This document shows positions 1-12,500 of a DNA stretch of 64,000 nucleotides, in pieces. How positions within the stretch are numbered: the first letter of the stretch is position 1; every line of letters begins with the position of its first letter. Source of the stretch: Centroscyllium fabricii (taxonomy: Eukaryota); the NCBI GenBank assembly GCA_051313645.2, contig JBNRSN020000019.1:48360001-48424000 (forward strand), in the 5' to 3' direction. A program made the translations under genes and the position numbers. A model generated the notes under the pieces. It had not been told where the DNA came from and did not search any database. It saw nothing but the letters and a program-made list of their open reading frames with translations.

Positions 1-3000
1 TCAAACATCATCCCTTATTTCTGTATGTTTCTCTGATTTGACATGGACTTGAGCTGGAACAAATGAAAACTACAGAATCTGACATATTTGAGATGTCACT
101 TGCAGGAAGACGCTTGCGGACTTCAAAGTGAGCCAGCTACTCAAAGGGAAAAGGGATCACATGGAGGCAGGTTTGTTTTGTAGCTTTTCCTCTTAAAATC
201 TCTTCTTCAAGGCGAGCAGTAGTAAGGAGTATAGTAATAGGAGTATACGAATGAGGTAAGATTTGTGGAATCTAACTGGAGCAAAAAGATCTTTGAGGGA
301 CCAACACAGCAGCATAACTTGACCTGAATTAATTAGATCACAAATAATTTAAACATTAGTAAGATCATGGTTCTGAGTATGCATTGTGACATTGTCATTT
401 AAAAAAATATGTATTGCACTTATTATTAGCGAAGAAATTTGTTTTATACACATAGTAATTTTTTTCAATTAGTAATTCAAGCACTTTCTGGTGTAAATAC
501 TCAAACAGATATTAACAATTTATAAATTTTCACCCCTCATCACATTCCATCGTCAAATTGTTGATGTTTGTTATGTGGTTATTCAACTTGAAGCTCGTTT
601 TGTGAGTTTTGCCGCATGTGACTGCAGCTCCTTCCATGCAGGGTGCATGTCAAACTTCAGGCCTCTTTAGTTCTTGTCATTTCTGAGAGTATATTGTAAC
701 ATATCGGGGATGAACAGATTTTATTTGTATCCTATGCAAAAGCAGCAAATGGAGAAACAGGAGATATTTGCGCTGTCGATTCTTAGGGGAAATCCCTCCC
801 TTTACCTTTTGACTACACAAAATAACTGGAAAACAGTTGCCAGTTTGAGTTCTGGAATTATTGTTTCCAGAATGAAAGGGCTCCGTTGAAAAGTTCATTA
901 AAATTCATCATTGGCACAAAGACGTCTGCTGCAAATTAGAAATAAAAACATAATTGTAAAGACAATGCAGAAACAATTGGGAAGCTTTGTTTGTTTAAAG
1001 TGGAAATTTAAAACATTGGAACATTTTACTAAAAGAAAATGCATAATTTCCCTCAAAGTGTAAATCTCCATCTTTTACACCGAGACTGAGTGAAGAATTA
1101 CATAATATTTTCTGAATATTGTTTGTAATATTTATTAATGTTGAGAGATGTATTTTAAATGAATAATCTAGGTTTTCCACATGATTTCCTGAATTAAACA
1201 TTATTTAAAATGGCAAAAGCTACTATGTTTATAGGTTTAAAAACATGACTCATGATAATTTATGCAAGGATAAAAAATTCTAATAAAAAAATTAAAAGGG
1301 CACCTTTGCAGCCATTGTTTCACTGTTTACGTTAGTTAGCACTGTAAAATATTAGTATCCACTCCAAAACTGCTTCAGAATTGGGGGCAAATAGATTCTG
1401 TTAAAATAGCAACAGTTTTAATTAACAACTGCCCAAATTTAATATAGAGCCAACATTTTCCTTCACACTAAAAGCAGTTAAATAATTTGTGTTGCTAAAG
1501 TAGCTTTAGCTAATATTTTACTAACGTTGCATATTTTTCTTGAACGCATACCTTTAAATAACAAGGGAGTTGCTGATGAAATCTGCAGTGAAATTCATTG
1601 AGAATGGGCAGATGACCATTGATAGGGGAGGATATTTGGGAGGAAATAAAACTACATGGTATTGTTGAGAGGGTTTGAAGTTTTGTTTATTGCTAGATTT
1701 GAGTTCTTTACTGGGCTCTGCTGTTTACACAGAATATTTTGTTTTACTGTGTCACCATGTTCTGCGTTGTTTGAATTGTGGTTTGTGTTGGTATTTAGCT
1801 GATAACTCTGTCAAACTATGCAGGGAGATCAAGCTGGATAGCCCTTGGAACACCACAGGAGATTTCAGTTCCTAAATCAAAACAGAAGCAAGATTTTATT
1901 TTATTTTGTACGCACGTTTATTTTACATGAAAGCTAAGAATTAAGTCCTTGTTTGCTTCTGTATATTTCCATAAATCTACTTTGAAATAGTTAAAAAGTC
2001 CATTTTTAAATTTCCTGTGAGAGTGAATAGCTGTAATCCGACTTGAGATTAAGACAACTGACTACATGTTATACCAAATGAGTAACAACACGTGGAAAAC
2101 TTGCATCCCACTGCAATTTTCTTACAGGGTTATAACTTCTACACTAATGGATTTGACTCCTTTCGAATGCTGCAAGAGTTTTTGAATAACACATTTTAAT
2201 TAATGACATGCTATTTGCCATATTAATCGATTACCAGAAAAAAATATATAAATATACATCAGCTTTATTCAGGAAGGATTATGCTTAGACAGATGGAAAG
2301 CTGCCTTCGTGAATTTGAAAGTCATCTTCACTGTCCACACATTTTTTTTAATGTGGGCTGTGTCAAAAATGTGGTATAAGTAATACCTAAGGCCCAATGA
2401 ACCTTTTAGGATATTTATCCTTAGCACTTTCGATCTATTTTAAAAATAACAACTTAAAAAATGCACAGGTCACCTGAACATACCAACACTTTGCCTGGAT
2501 AGCTTAACTGTCTGGAGCCCTGTCAGGTGTAGCAGTGTTGGGGACCAATGGTGTATGTCAGTAAAATTAATATCACATTGAAGAGAAATCAAGTGAATAA
2601 TTCAGTGATAGTCTGGTCATGAAATTGCCAAAATTTAAGGAATTTTTGTTTGATTTTTTGAGCATGCCATATAGGTCTTGAAATAAAGTTAACTACATTT
2701 ATTCTGTGGGAGCCTCTTGTATTAAATTGTGTCAGATACAAAACACAATGATGATTACCCAAATCTTTACTGAGAAGCCATATCTTTGCAATCTATATAC
2801 ACAAAAATGGCTTGTTCAAAGTCTCTGCCAGGTGCATATGCCCAGGCTTACAGAAGGACTACTCCACGGCCTTTGTACAGGAATACTCAATTTATTGATT
2901 GCTTGACATTCCTTTTAGTTCCAGCTAATCAAAGGTATCGTCAGATATACTCAGCAAAATAATATCAATTACTTAGTAAGATCAGAGTGCCATTCCAGTG

Positions 3001-3550
3001 GCTTGCCCAACCTGAGCAATTCTTGATGACTTGAGGCTGTTGTAGAAGTGCACAGAGCTTTTTTGTTTTTACAGTAGTGGGGTGTTTAACCAGTTAATTA
3101 CTGTAAATCAGAAAATGTTAGCACAAAGATATTTTGTGCAACCTGAGGCTGCCAACACTTTCACACAAAATTTAACTTTCTGAGAAATGTTTGAGGTAAA
3201 TGCATTCATTTAAATTTGTGGTAAATTTAAATGCATAAATAAAGTTTTTTTAAAAATTGGCAGCAAAGGTTTCCTAATTTACAGTGCCTGCCATGTCTCC
3301 AGAAATAAAACAATTATTGTGTTGGTGACCCTGATGTAGGGGGTGTACATTGGAAGAGCCCATCTCAACAGATTCACTTTGAGGATGATATTTAGGTTGA
3401 GTGTTAATACGGAGAAGTCAAAGTTACATTTCTATTGCTTTTACTACTTGTTGGTAATGATGTCAGACTCTTGTATCCTGGTTAGCTTTGGTTGAATCGC
3501 CCATTTAGCTCAATGGAACATGTTGCTGAGTTGCCAACACAAATGTTTGC

Positions 3551-3873
3551 ATAGAAACATAGAAGATAGGAGCAGGAGTAGGCTATTCGGCCCCTCGAGC
3601 CTGCTCCGCCATTCAACGAGATCATGGCTGATCATCCAAATTCAGTGCCTTGTCCCTGCCTTCTCCCCATATCCCTTGATCCCTTCAGCCTAAATGGCTT
3701 ACCCCTTATCCTTAGACTGTGACCCCTGGTTCTGGACTCCCCGCCATCGGGAACATCCTTCCTGCATCTAGTCTGTCTAGTCCTGTTTGAATTTTATAAG
3801 TTTCAATGAGATCCCCTCTCATTCTTCTAAACCCCAAAGAGTATAAGCCCAATCGACCCAATCTCTCCTCATA
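3551..3873 (-). mobile_element. CR1/HER1-type LINE 3' end fragment
   Basis: Reverse-strand CR1 3' tail (CATAGAAACATAGAAG), the GGCTATTCGGCC/CCTGCTCC 3'UTR stem region and decayed RT C-terminal codons. Closely similar to the tails at 53787 and 63415. Confidence 0.85.
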
Positions 3874-3989
3874 TGTTTTTCAGAATTTGCTGAAACAGGT
3901 GCTGTACATTATTCCACCTATCTGTGATAGTTAAATATTGTTATAGTGGCCAAAGAATCTTGTGGTAATCAACTACAATAAACTGAACA

Positions 3990-4462
3990 TCATAAATCGG
4001 TAAATCCTTGATGTGAGCATCATCATGCAACACATTGAGAGCCACTGAAATAGAGATTCCAAACTGAACAAAACTTCCGCATATAATCAATTGATTTCAT
4101 AACTGTGATTTTCTCTCATGGTCTGGTGATGATTATTAACACATTGAACAATACTGTCATTCTTTATGGTGTCATCCAAACCCCTCAATCAGATTACTAT
4201 TGGACAAACTTTGTGAATCATTCCATTTGATTGCAGCCTGTACCTCACTCTGAGAGATCCATTATTCTATACATAGACCATCCAAACACTTTTTAGATTA
4301 ATGCCTTGTAATCATTCCCATATTCTTAAATTGCTTAACAGTGTTCACATCTTAGTTTGTTGATATTTGAAATGCAATTAAGGTAGATTCTCAGATGCAT
4401 CTGCAATTTTGATAATGGTTCAGAAAACAAAGCTTTATCTAGCATTGAACAAAAGTTTTATG
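3990..4462 (-). pseudogene. Very decayed non-LTR RT remnant, possibly continuing at 8864-8960 across LTR element 1
   Basis: Minus-strand fragments read VLFNVLII, LNVLHDDA, a KAF-like piece and (beyond the element) CISLTGIHIK, in RT motif order. Heavily frameshifted. Confidence 0.3.
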
Positions 4463-4467
4463 ATGAT

Positions 4468-4729
4468 TGATGCATGAGCAATTACAGCTAATCGACAGAA
4501 TTAGGTAATCAAGGCTTTTATTAACAAAAGAACTGAAGTACAGGTCTCAACACTATCTGGTCCTGGAATGTCAGGGGTCAACAGGGCTGCCACCTTTATA
4601 CCACAGCCTGTGGGTGGAGCCTGGGGGCGGAGCCAGCAGAGACATCCCAGGTAGATACAGTGGGACAAGAGGTAACTATATACAGCACAGTATAACAGTG
4701 GTGGTAAACAGTATTACAGGTTTACCACA
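4468..4729 (-). repeat. 3' LTR of element 1 (262 bp)
   Basis: Matches 8620-8863. Minus strand contains TATAAAGG and AATAAA. Confidence 0.93.
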
Positions 4730-4742
4730 TTCACACCTCGTT

Positions 4743-7700
4743 TTAAAATTGAGTCCGGCGGGGTGAAGTGGTTCTGCCGGGAGCGGCATAAGAAAGTCTA
4801 TCGGGCGGTCTGGTCTCCCTCCGTGACCGGCGCAGCTCCGGCTGTTGTGCGGGATCCTCAGGCAAGATGGTCTTCATCATCGGTGGCGTGACAACAGTCT
4901 CCTGGTGGGCGTGCATCGAAGGATCCCGGGACGCCGGCGTACCGTCTAGCGGGGCTAGAGAAAGGGAGGGCAACACAGGTGCATCGAGACTAACAGTGGG
5001 GGAGGTGGGATAGGTGGTGGGAAATGGTGGTCTCTGGGGCACCCGAGGGTGCAAGGTCTCGAATGGAGATCGTGTCCTCCCGCCCGTCGGGGAATGCCAC
5101 GTAGGCGTATTGGGGGTTGGCGTGGAGGAGCAATACCCTGTCGACCAGTGGGTCTGTCTTATGGCTCCTCACGTGCCTCCGAAGTAGGACGGCCCCTGGT
5201 GACGTCAGCCACAATGGTAGCGAGGTCCCTGCGGTGGAGTTCCTAGGGAAGGCAAACATCTCGTGAGGAGTAGCATTAGTTGCAGTACAAAGCAGCGACC
5301 TAATGAAGTGGAGCGCATCAGGGAGGACCTCCTGCCAGCGGGAGATTGGGAGGCCCCTAGGGCTAGTAGAACAGCCTTCCAGACTGTCCCGTTCTCCCTC
5401 TCAACCTGCCCATTCCCCCGGGGGTTGTAGCTGGTGGTCCTGTTCGTTGCAACTCCTTTCGTGAGCAGGTACTGGCGCAGCTCATCACTCATGAACGAGG
5501 AGCCCCGATCACTATGTATGTAGTTGGGGAAGCCGAACATGGTGAAGATGCTGTGCAGGCACTTGATGACCGTGGCCGAGGTCATGTCTGGGCAAGGGAT
5601 GGCGAAGGGGAAACGCGAGTACTCATCAATGATGGTGAGAAAGTACACGTTGCGGTCGGCGGAGGGGAGGGGCCCTTTGAAGTCGACACTCAGGCGCTCA
5701 AAGGGGCAGGTGGCCTTTATCAGGTTAGCTTTGTCTGGCCTGTAGAAGTGCGGTTTGCACTCGGTGCAGACTTGGCAGTTCCTGGTAACGGTCCGGACAT
5801 CCCCAATGGAGTAAGGCAGGTTGTGGGACTTGACAAAGTGGAACAACCTGGTGACTCTCGGGTGACAGAAGTCATTGTGGAGAGATTGTAGTCTATCCAC
5901 TTGTGCGTTGGCACAAGTTCCACGGGATAGAGCATCCGGGGGCTCATTGAGTTTACAAGATGTCGTAATTGTAGGTGGACAGTTCGATCCTCCACCTCAG
6001 GATCTTGTCATTTTTAATCTTGCCCCGCTGTTTATTATTAAACATAAAAGCCACTGAACGCTGGTCAGTGAGCAGGGTGAATCTTCTACTGGCCAGGTAA
6101 TGCCTCCAGTGCTGCACCGCTTCCACGATGGCCTGGGCTTCTTTTACCACAGAGGAATGTCTGATTTCAGGGCCTTGGAGGGTACGGGAAAAGAAGGCCA
6201 CCCGTCTCCCCGCCTGATTAAGGGTAGCGGCCAGAGCGAAGTCAGAGGCATCGCTTTCCACCTGGAACAGGGTGGATTCATCCACGGCGTGCATGGTCGC
6301 CTTCACAATGTCTGACTTAATTCTATCGAAGGCTACACGAGCCTCATCCACCGGGGGGAAAGAGGTAGATTTGATGAGGGGGCGAGCTTCGTCTGCATAA
6401 TTAGGGACCCACTGGGCATAATACGAGAAAAAGCCCAGGCATCTTTTCAGGGCCTTGAGACTGTGGGGGAGGGGAAGTTCCATGAGGGGGCGCATGCGTT
6501 CGGGGTCTGGATCGATGACCCCATTTTCCACGACACATCCCAGGGTAGCGAGGCGGGTTGTGCGGAAAACGCATTTCTCCTTGTTGTATGTGAGGTTGAA
6601 GAGCTGGGCCGTTTGGAGAAATTTAGCCAAATTGGCGTCGTGGTCCTGCAGGTCATAGCCGCAGATGGTGACATTGTCTAAGTAGGGAAAAGCAGCCAGC
6701 AGCTCATTTTGGTCCACCATTCGGTCCATCTCCCGCTGAAAGACTGATACCCCGTTGGTGACGCCGAACGGGACCCTGAGGAAATGGTAAAGACGGTCGT
6801 CTGCTTCAAAGGCAGTGTACTGGCGGTCGTCGGGGTGAATGGGGAGCTGGTGATACGCAGACTTTAAGTCGATCGTGGAGAATACCCAGTACTGCGCAAT
6901 CTGGTTGACCATGTCAGATATGCGAGGAAGGGGGCATGCGTCCAGCTGCGTAAACCGGTTTATGGTTTGGCTGTAGTCGGTGACCAGGTGGTGTTTCTCG
7001 CCGGTCATAACGACTACAACTTGGGCTCTCCAGGGGCTGTTACTAGCCTCAATGATCCCCTCCCTCAGGAGCCGCTGAACCTCAGATTTAATGAAAAATC
7101 TATCCCCCGCACTGTAGCGCCTGCTTTTAGTAGCTATGGGCTTGCAGTCCAGGGTGAGATTAGCGAACAGTGAGGGAGGGGCGACCTTAAGAGTCGAGAG
7201 GCTGCAAATGGTGCATGGCTGGTAATTTAAAAACTGCTGGCTGCAAACAGTGAGGGGGGGGGGGAGGGGCCCACCGTACTTCATCGTGTCGCTGTCGAGG
7301 TAGCTCATGAAGTCTAGCCCGAGCAGAACGTCAGCGCAGAGGTAGGGAAGGACAAAGAGTTTAAAATTACTATAAACCATGCACCGCACTGACAATGTAA
7401 CAACGCAGTAGCCGCCGACATCCGCTGTTTGAGACTTAGAGGCCAGGGAGATCCGCTGGTGCACCGGAAGGACCGAGAGTGAAAGCCTCCGTACTGTGTC
7501 GGGGTGAATAAAGCTTTCAGTGCTCTGAGTCAAAAAGGCAGTTCGTGTTGCGTCCGTTTACCTGGATGTCCATTGTGGACCTGGCGAGCTGGTGAGGCCT
7601 GGACTGATCCAGGGTAATGGAGGCCAGTTGAGGCAGTAAAAAATCGGGGTCCTCTGGTGTGGAAGCGGGGGAGGCGGGCGTGGACGCGGTCGGCGAATTC

Positions 7701-8597
7701 CACGCATCTGGGGGAGATCCAATATGGCCGCCCCCTCGATCCCCATGTGGCCTGACAAGATGGCCGCCCCTAGATCCCCATGTGGCCGTCCAAGATGGCC
7801 ACTCGACCAGACCACACGCTGCGCTGCTGGGGCTAGGGGAGGGTTTTGCCTTGCAAACGCTGGCGTAGTGCCCCTTTTTGCAGCTAGAGCACGTTGCATC
7901 TTTCGCCGGGTAGCGCTGCCTGGGGTGCTTAGGATGGCCACAGAAATAGCACTACTGGGCACGGGACACCGCTGTAGACATTAGCGGAGGCGGCGCGGCG
8001 CCGGGGGGCGATCCTACCGTCCAAGATGGCTGCGCCAGCGCCGTCCATGAGGCAGCCGCCTGGTCCAATGAGTAGGACTCCTTATTCCTGTGTGCCATGT
8101 CCAGCGAGGGCTGAGGCTTTTTTTTAAATCGAGGTCACTGTGCTCGAGCAGCCGCTGACAGGTGTAGCTCGATTTGATACCCGCAACAAAGGCATCGCGT
8201 ATCAGGCCCTCCACGCACTCCTGGGCTGTTACCGGCTTGCAGCTGCAGGCTCGTGCGAGTACTCGCAGCACCCGAAGGTAGTCCGCTGTAGACTCACCGG
8301 TCTGTTGTCTGCGGCACAGCAGGAGGTGTCTAGCGTAGACCTCGTTAATCGGGGTAGCGAACTGATCTTTAAGGAGCCTAGGGCGTCCTCGTAAGAGGTC
8401 TTGTCTTCGATCAGCATGTAGGTATGATGGCTTACCCGGGATTGCAGGACCATCAGCTTCTGTTCGACCGAGGTGACGGTGGCACTGGAGGCTGCTAAAA
8501 AGAGTTCAAAGCACTTCAGCCAGTGCGCAAACCTTTGCGGTGCGTCCACCGCCTGCGGGTCTAACTCCAGGCGATTGGGTCTTAATATTTTATCCAT
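4743..8597 (-). pseudogene. gag-pol of element 1, broken by several frameshifts and stops
   Basis: ORF pieces 8229-8600 and 8014-8271 (gag); CYFCGHPKH and CSSCK-KGHYASVC knuckles near 7850-7955; 5953-7533 (PR/RT/RNase H: SPW, DLKSAYHQ, VPFG, YLDN, ESDASD, KEAQAI, TDQRS); 5205-5900 (IN: HHCC, VDFKGP, HSDRG, GQVER). Confidence 0.93.
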
Positions 8598-8619
8598 CAC
8601 TAAAACAATTTTTGTTAAT

Positions 8620-8863
8620 AGCTAATCGACAGAATTAGGTAATCAAGACTTTTATTAACAAAAGAACTGAAGTACAGGTCTCAACACTATCTGGTCCTGG
8701 AATGTCAGGGGTCAGCAGGGGTGCCACCTTTATACCATAGCCTGTGGGTGCAGCCTGGGGGCAGAGCCAGCAGAGACATCCCAGGTAGATACAGTGGGAC
8801 AAGAGGTAACTATATACAGCACAGTATAACAGTGGTGGTAAACAGTATTACAGGTTTACCACA
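8620..8863 (-). repeat. 5' LTR of element 1, lacking ~19 bp at its inner (U5) end
   Basis: Aligns to 4487-4729. The TGATGCATGAGCAATTAC start seen in the other LTR is missing. Confidence 0.9.
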
Positions 8864-9059
8864 ATGTTCTTAATGATCGAACATCCAAATGGTATCTCGC
8901 ATCAAAGATGTGATATGTATTAATATTTTAATGTGAATGCCTGTTAAGCTAATGCATCATACTTCAGCTATTCAGATGTTGTAGAGATGGTTCATAACTA
9001 AACAGGAATCATCTCTACTGAAAGAAAAACAGCTTGACTATGTTGTTCTTACAGAGTGC

Positions 9060-9125
9060 CAGAATATAAAGAAATTATAGGTCAGGTAGTCTTACTTCAC
9101 ATTTTGGTAAACTATCAAAATCCAT
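9060..9125 (+). pseudogene. Old CR1 RT remnant split by element 2 (continues at 13772-13925, probable 3' end at 14895-15055)
   Basis: Joined across the TSD it reads NYR..SLTSHFGKLSKSILWEEIMKHLEKHELIKAIQQG...EFFEEV...AFDKVS, typical of CR1 RT. Confidence 0.75.
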
Positions 9126-9386
9126 TGTAACCTTCAATAACGTCCACGGAGTCATGTAGTAGATTAGAACAATCAGGCTTTTATTGACTACAGTAAGAAT
9201 GCACACCAGCAAGCTGACTGTCCCCTAGAATGACATGGGAGATGGGGGCAGTCACTTATATACTCCCTCCAGCGGGGGAGGAGTCGTGGGCGGAGCCAGG
9301 TATGTTCCAGGTATCACAGTGGAATGCATTACAGGTATGGGTTACATAGTGATTAACTATATACAGTGATATACACGTTTATCACA
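9126..9386 (-). repeat. 3' LTR of element 2
   Basis: Direct repeat of 13511-13771. Confidence 0.96.
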
Positions 9387-9503
9387 TTCACCCCTTCTTT
9401 AAGAACGAAAATACAGCAGGGTGAAGGACTAACAATTACAAAGGTGATCAGAAAAAATATATATATATACAAACGCAGTTCTTATGATTACAAGTTTAAT
9501 CTA

Positions 9504-12500
9504 TCAGGCGCTCCCCCAGCCGAGTCTTTCAGGTGGTTTGGTTGTCCGCGTCGATCTTCGCACCACTGGTGGTGCCTGTGGTGTTCGTGGTCGTGGAGCG
9601 GCTGGTTGTGTCTGTTGCTCCATTGATGCCGGTCGACTAGTGGTGGTTGTTATGTTACTTCTGGGTGGCGGTGGTGCCCTTATTCTGACAGCAGGGGGCG
9701 CCTTCTCTCCTTCGTCCTCTGACTCTAGGGGGCGCGCGCTGTGGATCCAAGCTTGGGGCCAGGTCGTGCTGCTTGCAGGTGCCTTGTGAGCATACTGGGG
9801 TACTGGGACCACGTGTGGGGGAGCGTACTTCGGCTTCGGCGGCATGGGGCGCGTCACAGGACATTTTGGGTGCGTGACCTGCTGGGCGGGGCTTCTTGGG
9901 GGCTCGGGCTGCCTGGCGGGGCTGGGCTTTGGGACTCCTGCTGGGGCTAGGTCCTTTATGGACACGGTGTCCTCCCTCCCATCTGGGAACGCTATGTAAG
10001 CGTACTGGGGATTTGCGTGCAGGAGGTGGACCCGTTCGACTAGGGGATCTGCCTTGTGTCCCCTCACATGCTTCCGAAGCAGGACCGGTCCCGGAGATAG
10101 TAGCCACGATGGTAGCGAGGTCCCAGAAGCCGACTTCCTGGGGAAGGCAAAAAGTCGTTCGTGAGGGGTGGCATTGGTGGCAGTACAGAGGAGGGACCGA
10201 ATAGAGTGGAGGGCTTCGGGGAGGACGTCCTGCCATCGGGTGACTGGGAGGTCTTTAGACCGTAGGGCTAACTGGATGGCTTTCCAGACAGTGGCGTTCT
10301 CTCTCTCTACCTGCCCGTTCCCCCGGGGGTTGTAGCTGGTAGTCCTGCTAGTCGCGATGCCTTTCGCTAGCAGGAACTGGCGCAGCTCGTCGCTCATAAA
10401 AGAGGTCCCCCGGTCACTATGGATATAGTTGGGGTACCTGAACAGGGAGAAAATGCTATTGAGAGCCTTGGTGACGGTGGCGGAGGTCATGTCCTGGCAG
10501 GGAATAGCGAAGGGGAAGCGGGAGTACTCATCTATCACGTTAAGGAAGTACACATTCCTATTAGATGAGGGAAGGGGCCCTTTAAAATCGACACTGAGTC
10601 GTTCAAAGGGGCGAGTGGCCTTGATCAAGTGCGCCCGGTCTGGCCGGTAGAAGTGCGGCTTGCACTCCGCGCAGACCTGGCAGTTGCTGGTCATGGTCTT
10701 GACCTCCTCGATGGAGTAGGGGAGGTTGCGGGACTTCACAAAGTGAACCAACCTGGTGACCCCCGGGTGGCAGAGGTCATTGTGGAGAGTTTGGAGACGG
10801 TCAGCCTGTGCGCTGGCACAGGTACCGCGGGATAGGGCATCTGGGGGTTCGTTAAATATCCCGGGCCGGTACAAGATATCATAATTGAACGCAGATAGTT
10901 CAATTCTCCACCTTAATATCTTGTCGTTCTTTATTTTACCCCGTTCTTTGTTATTAAACATGAATGCGACTGATCGTTGGTCAGTCAACAGGGTAAAACG
11001 TTTGCCGGCCAGGTAGTGCTTCCAGTGCCGCACTGCTTCAACGATGGCCTGGGCCTCCTTCTCGACTGAGGAATGGCGGGTTTCGGGGCCTTGGAGGGTA
11101 CGTGAAAAGAAGGCCACGGGTCTGCCCGCCTGGTTAAGGGTGGCGGCCAAGGCAAAGTCCGATGCATCGCTTTCCACTTGGAATGGGACGGACTCATCTA
11201 CCGCGTGCATCGTGGCTTTGGCAATGTCGTTTTTAATTCTGCAGAATGCCGAGTTGGCTTCTGCAGAAAGGGGGAAAGAGGTCGATTTAAGTAGTGGGCG
11301 AGCTTTGTCCGCATAATTGGGGACCCACTGGGCGTAATAAGCAAAAAATCCCAAACACCGTTTAAGAGCTGTGGGGGAGGGGAAGCTCCATGAGGAGGCG
11401 CATGCGGTCCGGGCCTGGACCGATGACTCCATTCTCCACCACGCTGCCGAGGATGGCCAGGCGGGTGGTGCTAAACATACATTTCTCCTTGTTATATGTT
11501 AGGTTCAGGGTTTTGGCCGTGTGGAGAAATTTTTCGAGATTGGCGTTATGGTCCTGCTGATCATGGCCGCAGATGGTCACATTATCAAGGTACAGGAAGG
11601 TCGCTCGCAGCCCGTACCGATCAACCATTCGGTCCATCTCCCTCTGGAAGACCGAGACCCCGTTTGTGACGCCAAACGGCACCCTAAGGAAGTGGTAGAG
11701 GCGACCGTCAGCCTCAAAGGCTGTATAAAGACGGTCCTCTGGGCGGATGGGAAGCTGGTGATAAGCCGATTTTAAATCTATTGTGGAGTACACTTTAAAT
11801 TGGGCAATTTGGTTCACCATGTCCGCTATCCGGGGGAGGGGGTAGGCATCTAGTTGGGTGAACCGGTTTATGGTCTGGCTGTAATCCACTACCATCCTAT
11901 TCTTCTCTCCGGTTTTTACTACCACTACCTGTGCTCTCCAGGGGCTATTACTGGCCTCTATGACCCCCTCTTTTAGGAGGCGCTGCACCTCAGATTTTAT
12001 AAATACCATGTCCCCAGCACTGTAGCGCCTACTTTTGGTGGCGACGGGCTTACAGTCTGGGGTGAGGTTGGCAAAGAGAGATGGAGGGGCAACCTTAAGG
12101 GTTGAGAGGCCACAGTTAGTGTACTGGGGGTACCGCCTTGAGCCGCGGTTTCTGACCATGAGTGAGGGAAGGGGTCCGCCAAATGCCATAGTAACGCTCT
12201 GAAGGTGGCACTGGAAGTCCAGTCCCAGGAGTAGCGGGGCGCAGAGCTGCGGCAGCACGTAAAAACTAAAGTCATTAAACATTGCGCCCTGTACTTTAAG
12301 CGTTACAATACAGCGCCCGGTGACGTCAGCGGATTCTGACTTGGACGCCATAGATATTCTCTGGCGCGCAGGGATTACTTTAAGGGAGAGGCGCTTTACG
12401 GTATTTTGGTGAACAAAACTTACTGTGCTCCCACTGTCGAACAGGCACACCACCTCTTCACCGTTAACTTCCACCGGCATCATCGATTTCTCCAGTGGTT

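Larger units (their letters stand above)
4468..8863 (-). mobile_element. Ty3/Gypsy LTR retrotransposon, element 1 (Mag-like), near full length, decayed
   Basis: Direct-repeat LTRs at 4468-4729 and ~8620-8863 (about 6 substitutions) with TG...CA outer termini. Flanks ATGAT/ATGTT (5-bp TSD, 1 mismatch). Purine-rich PPT-like tract at 4730-4748. Internal order gag-PR-RT-RNaseH-IN. Confidence 0.95.

Noticed and set aside
9366-10835. Antisense or overlapping ORFs and an env-like gene in element 2
   Set aside because: These are shadows of GC-rich pol. There is no room for, or signature of, env between integrase and the PPT.
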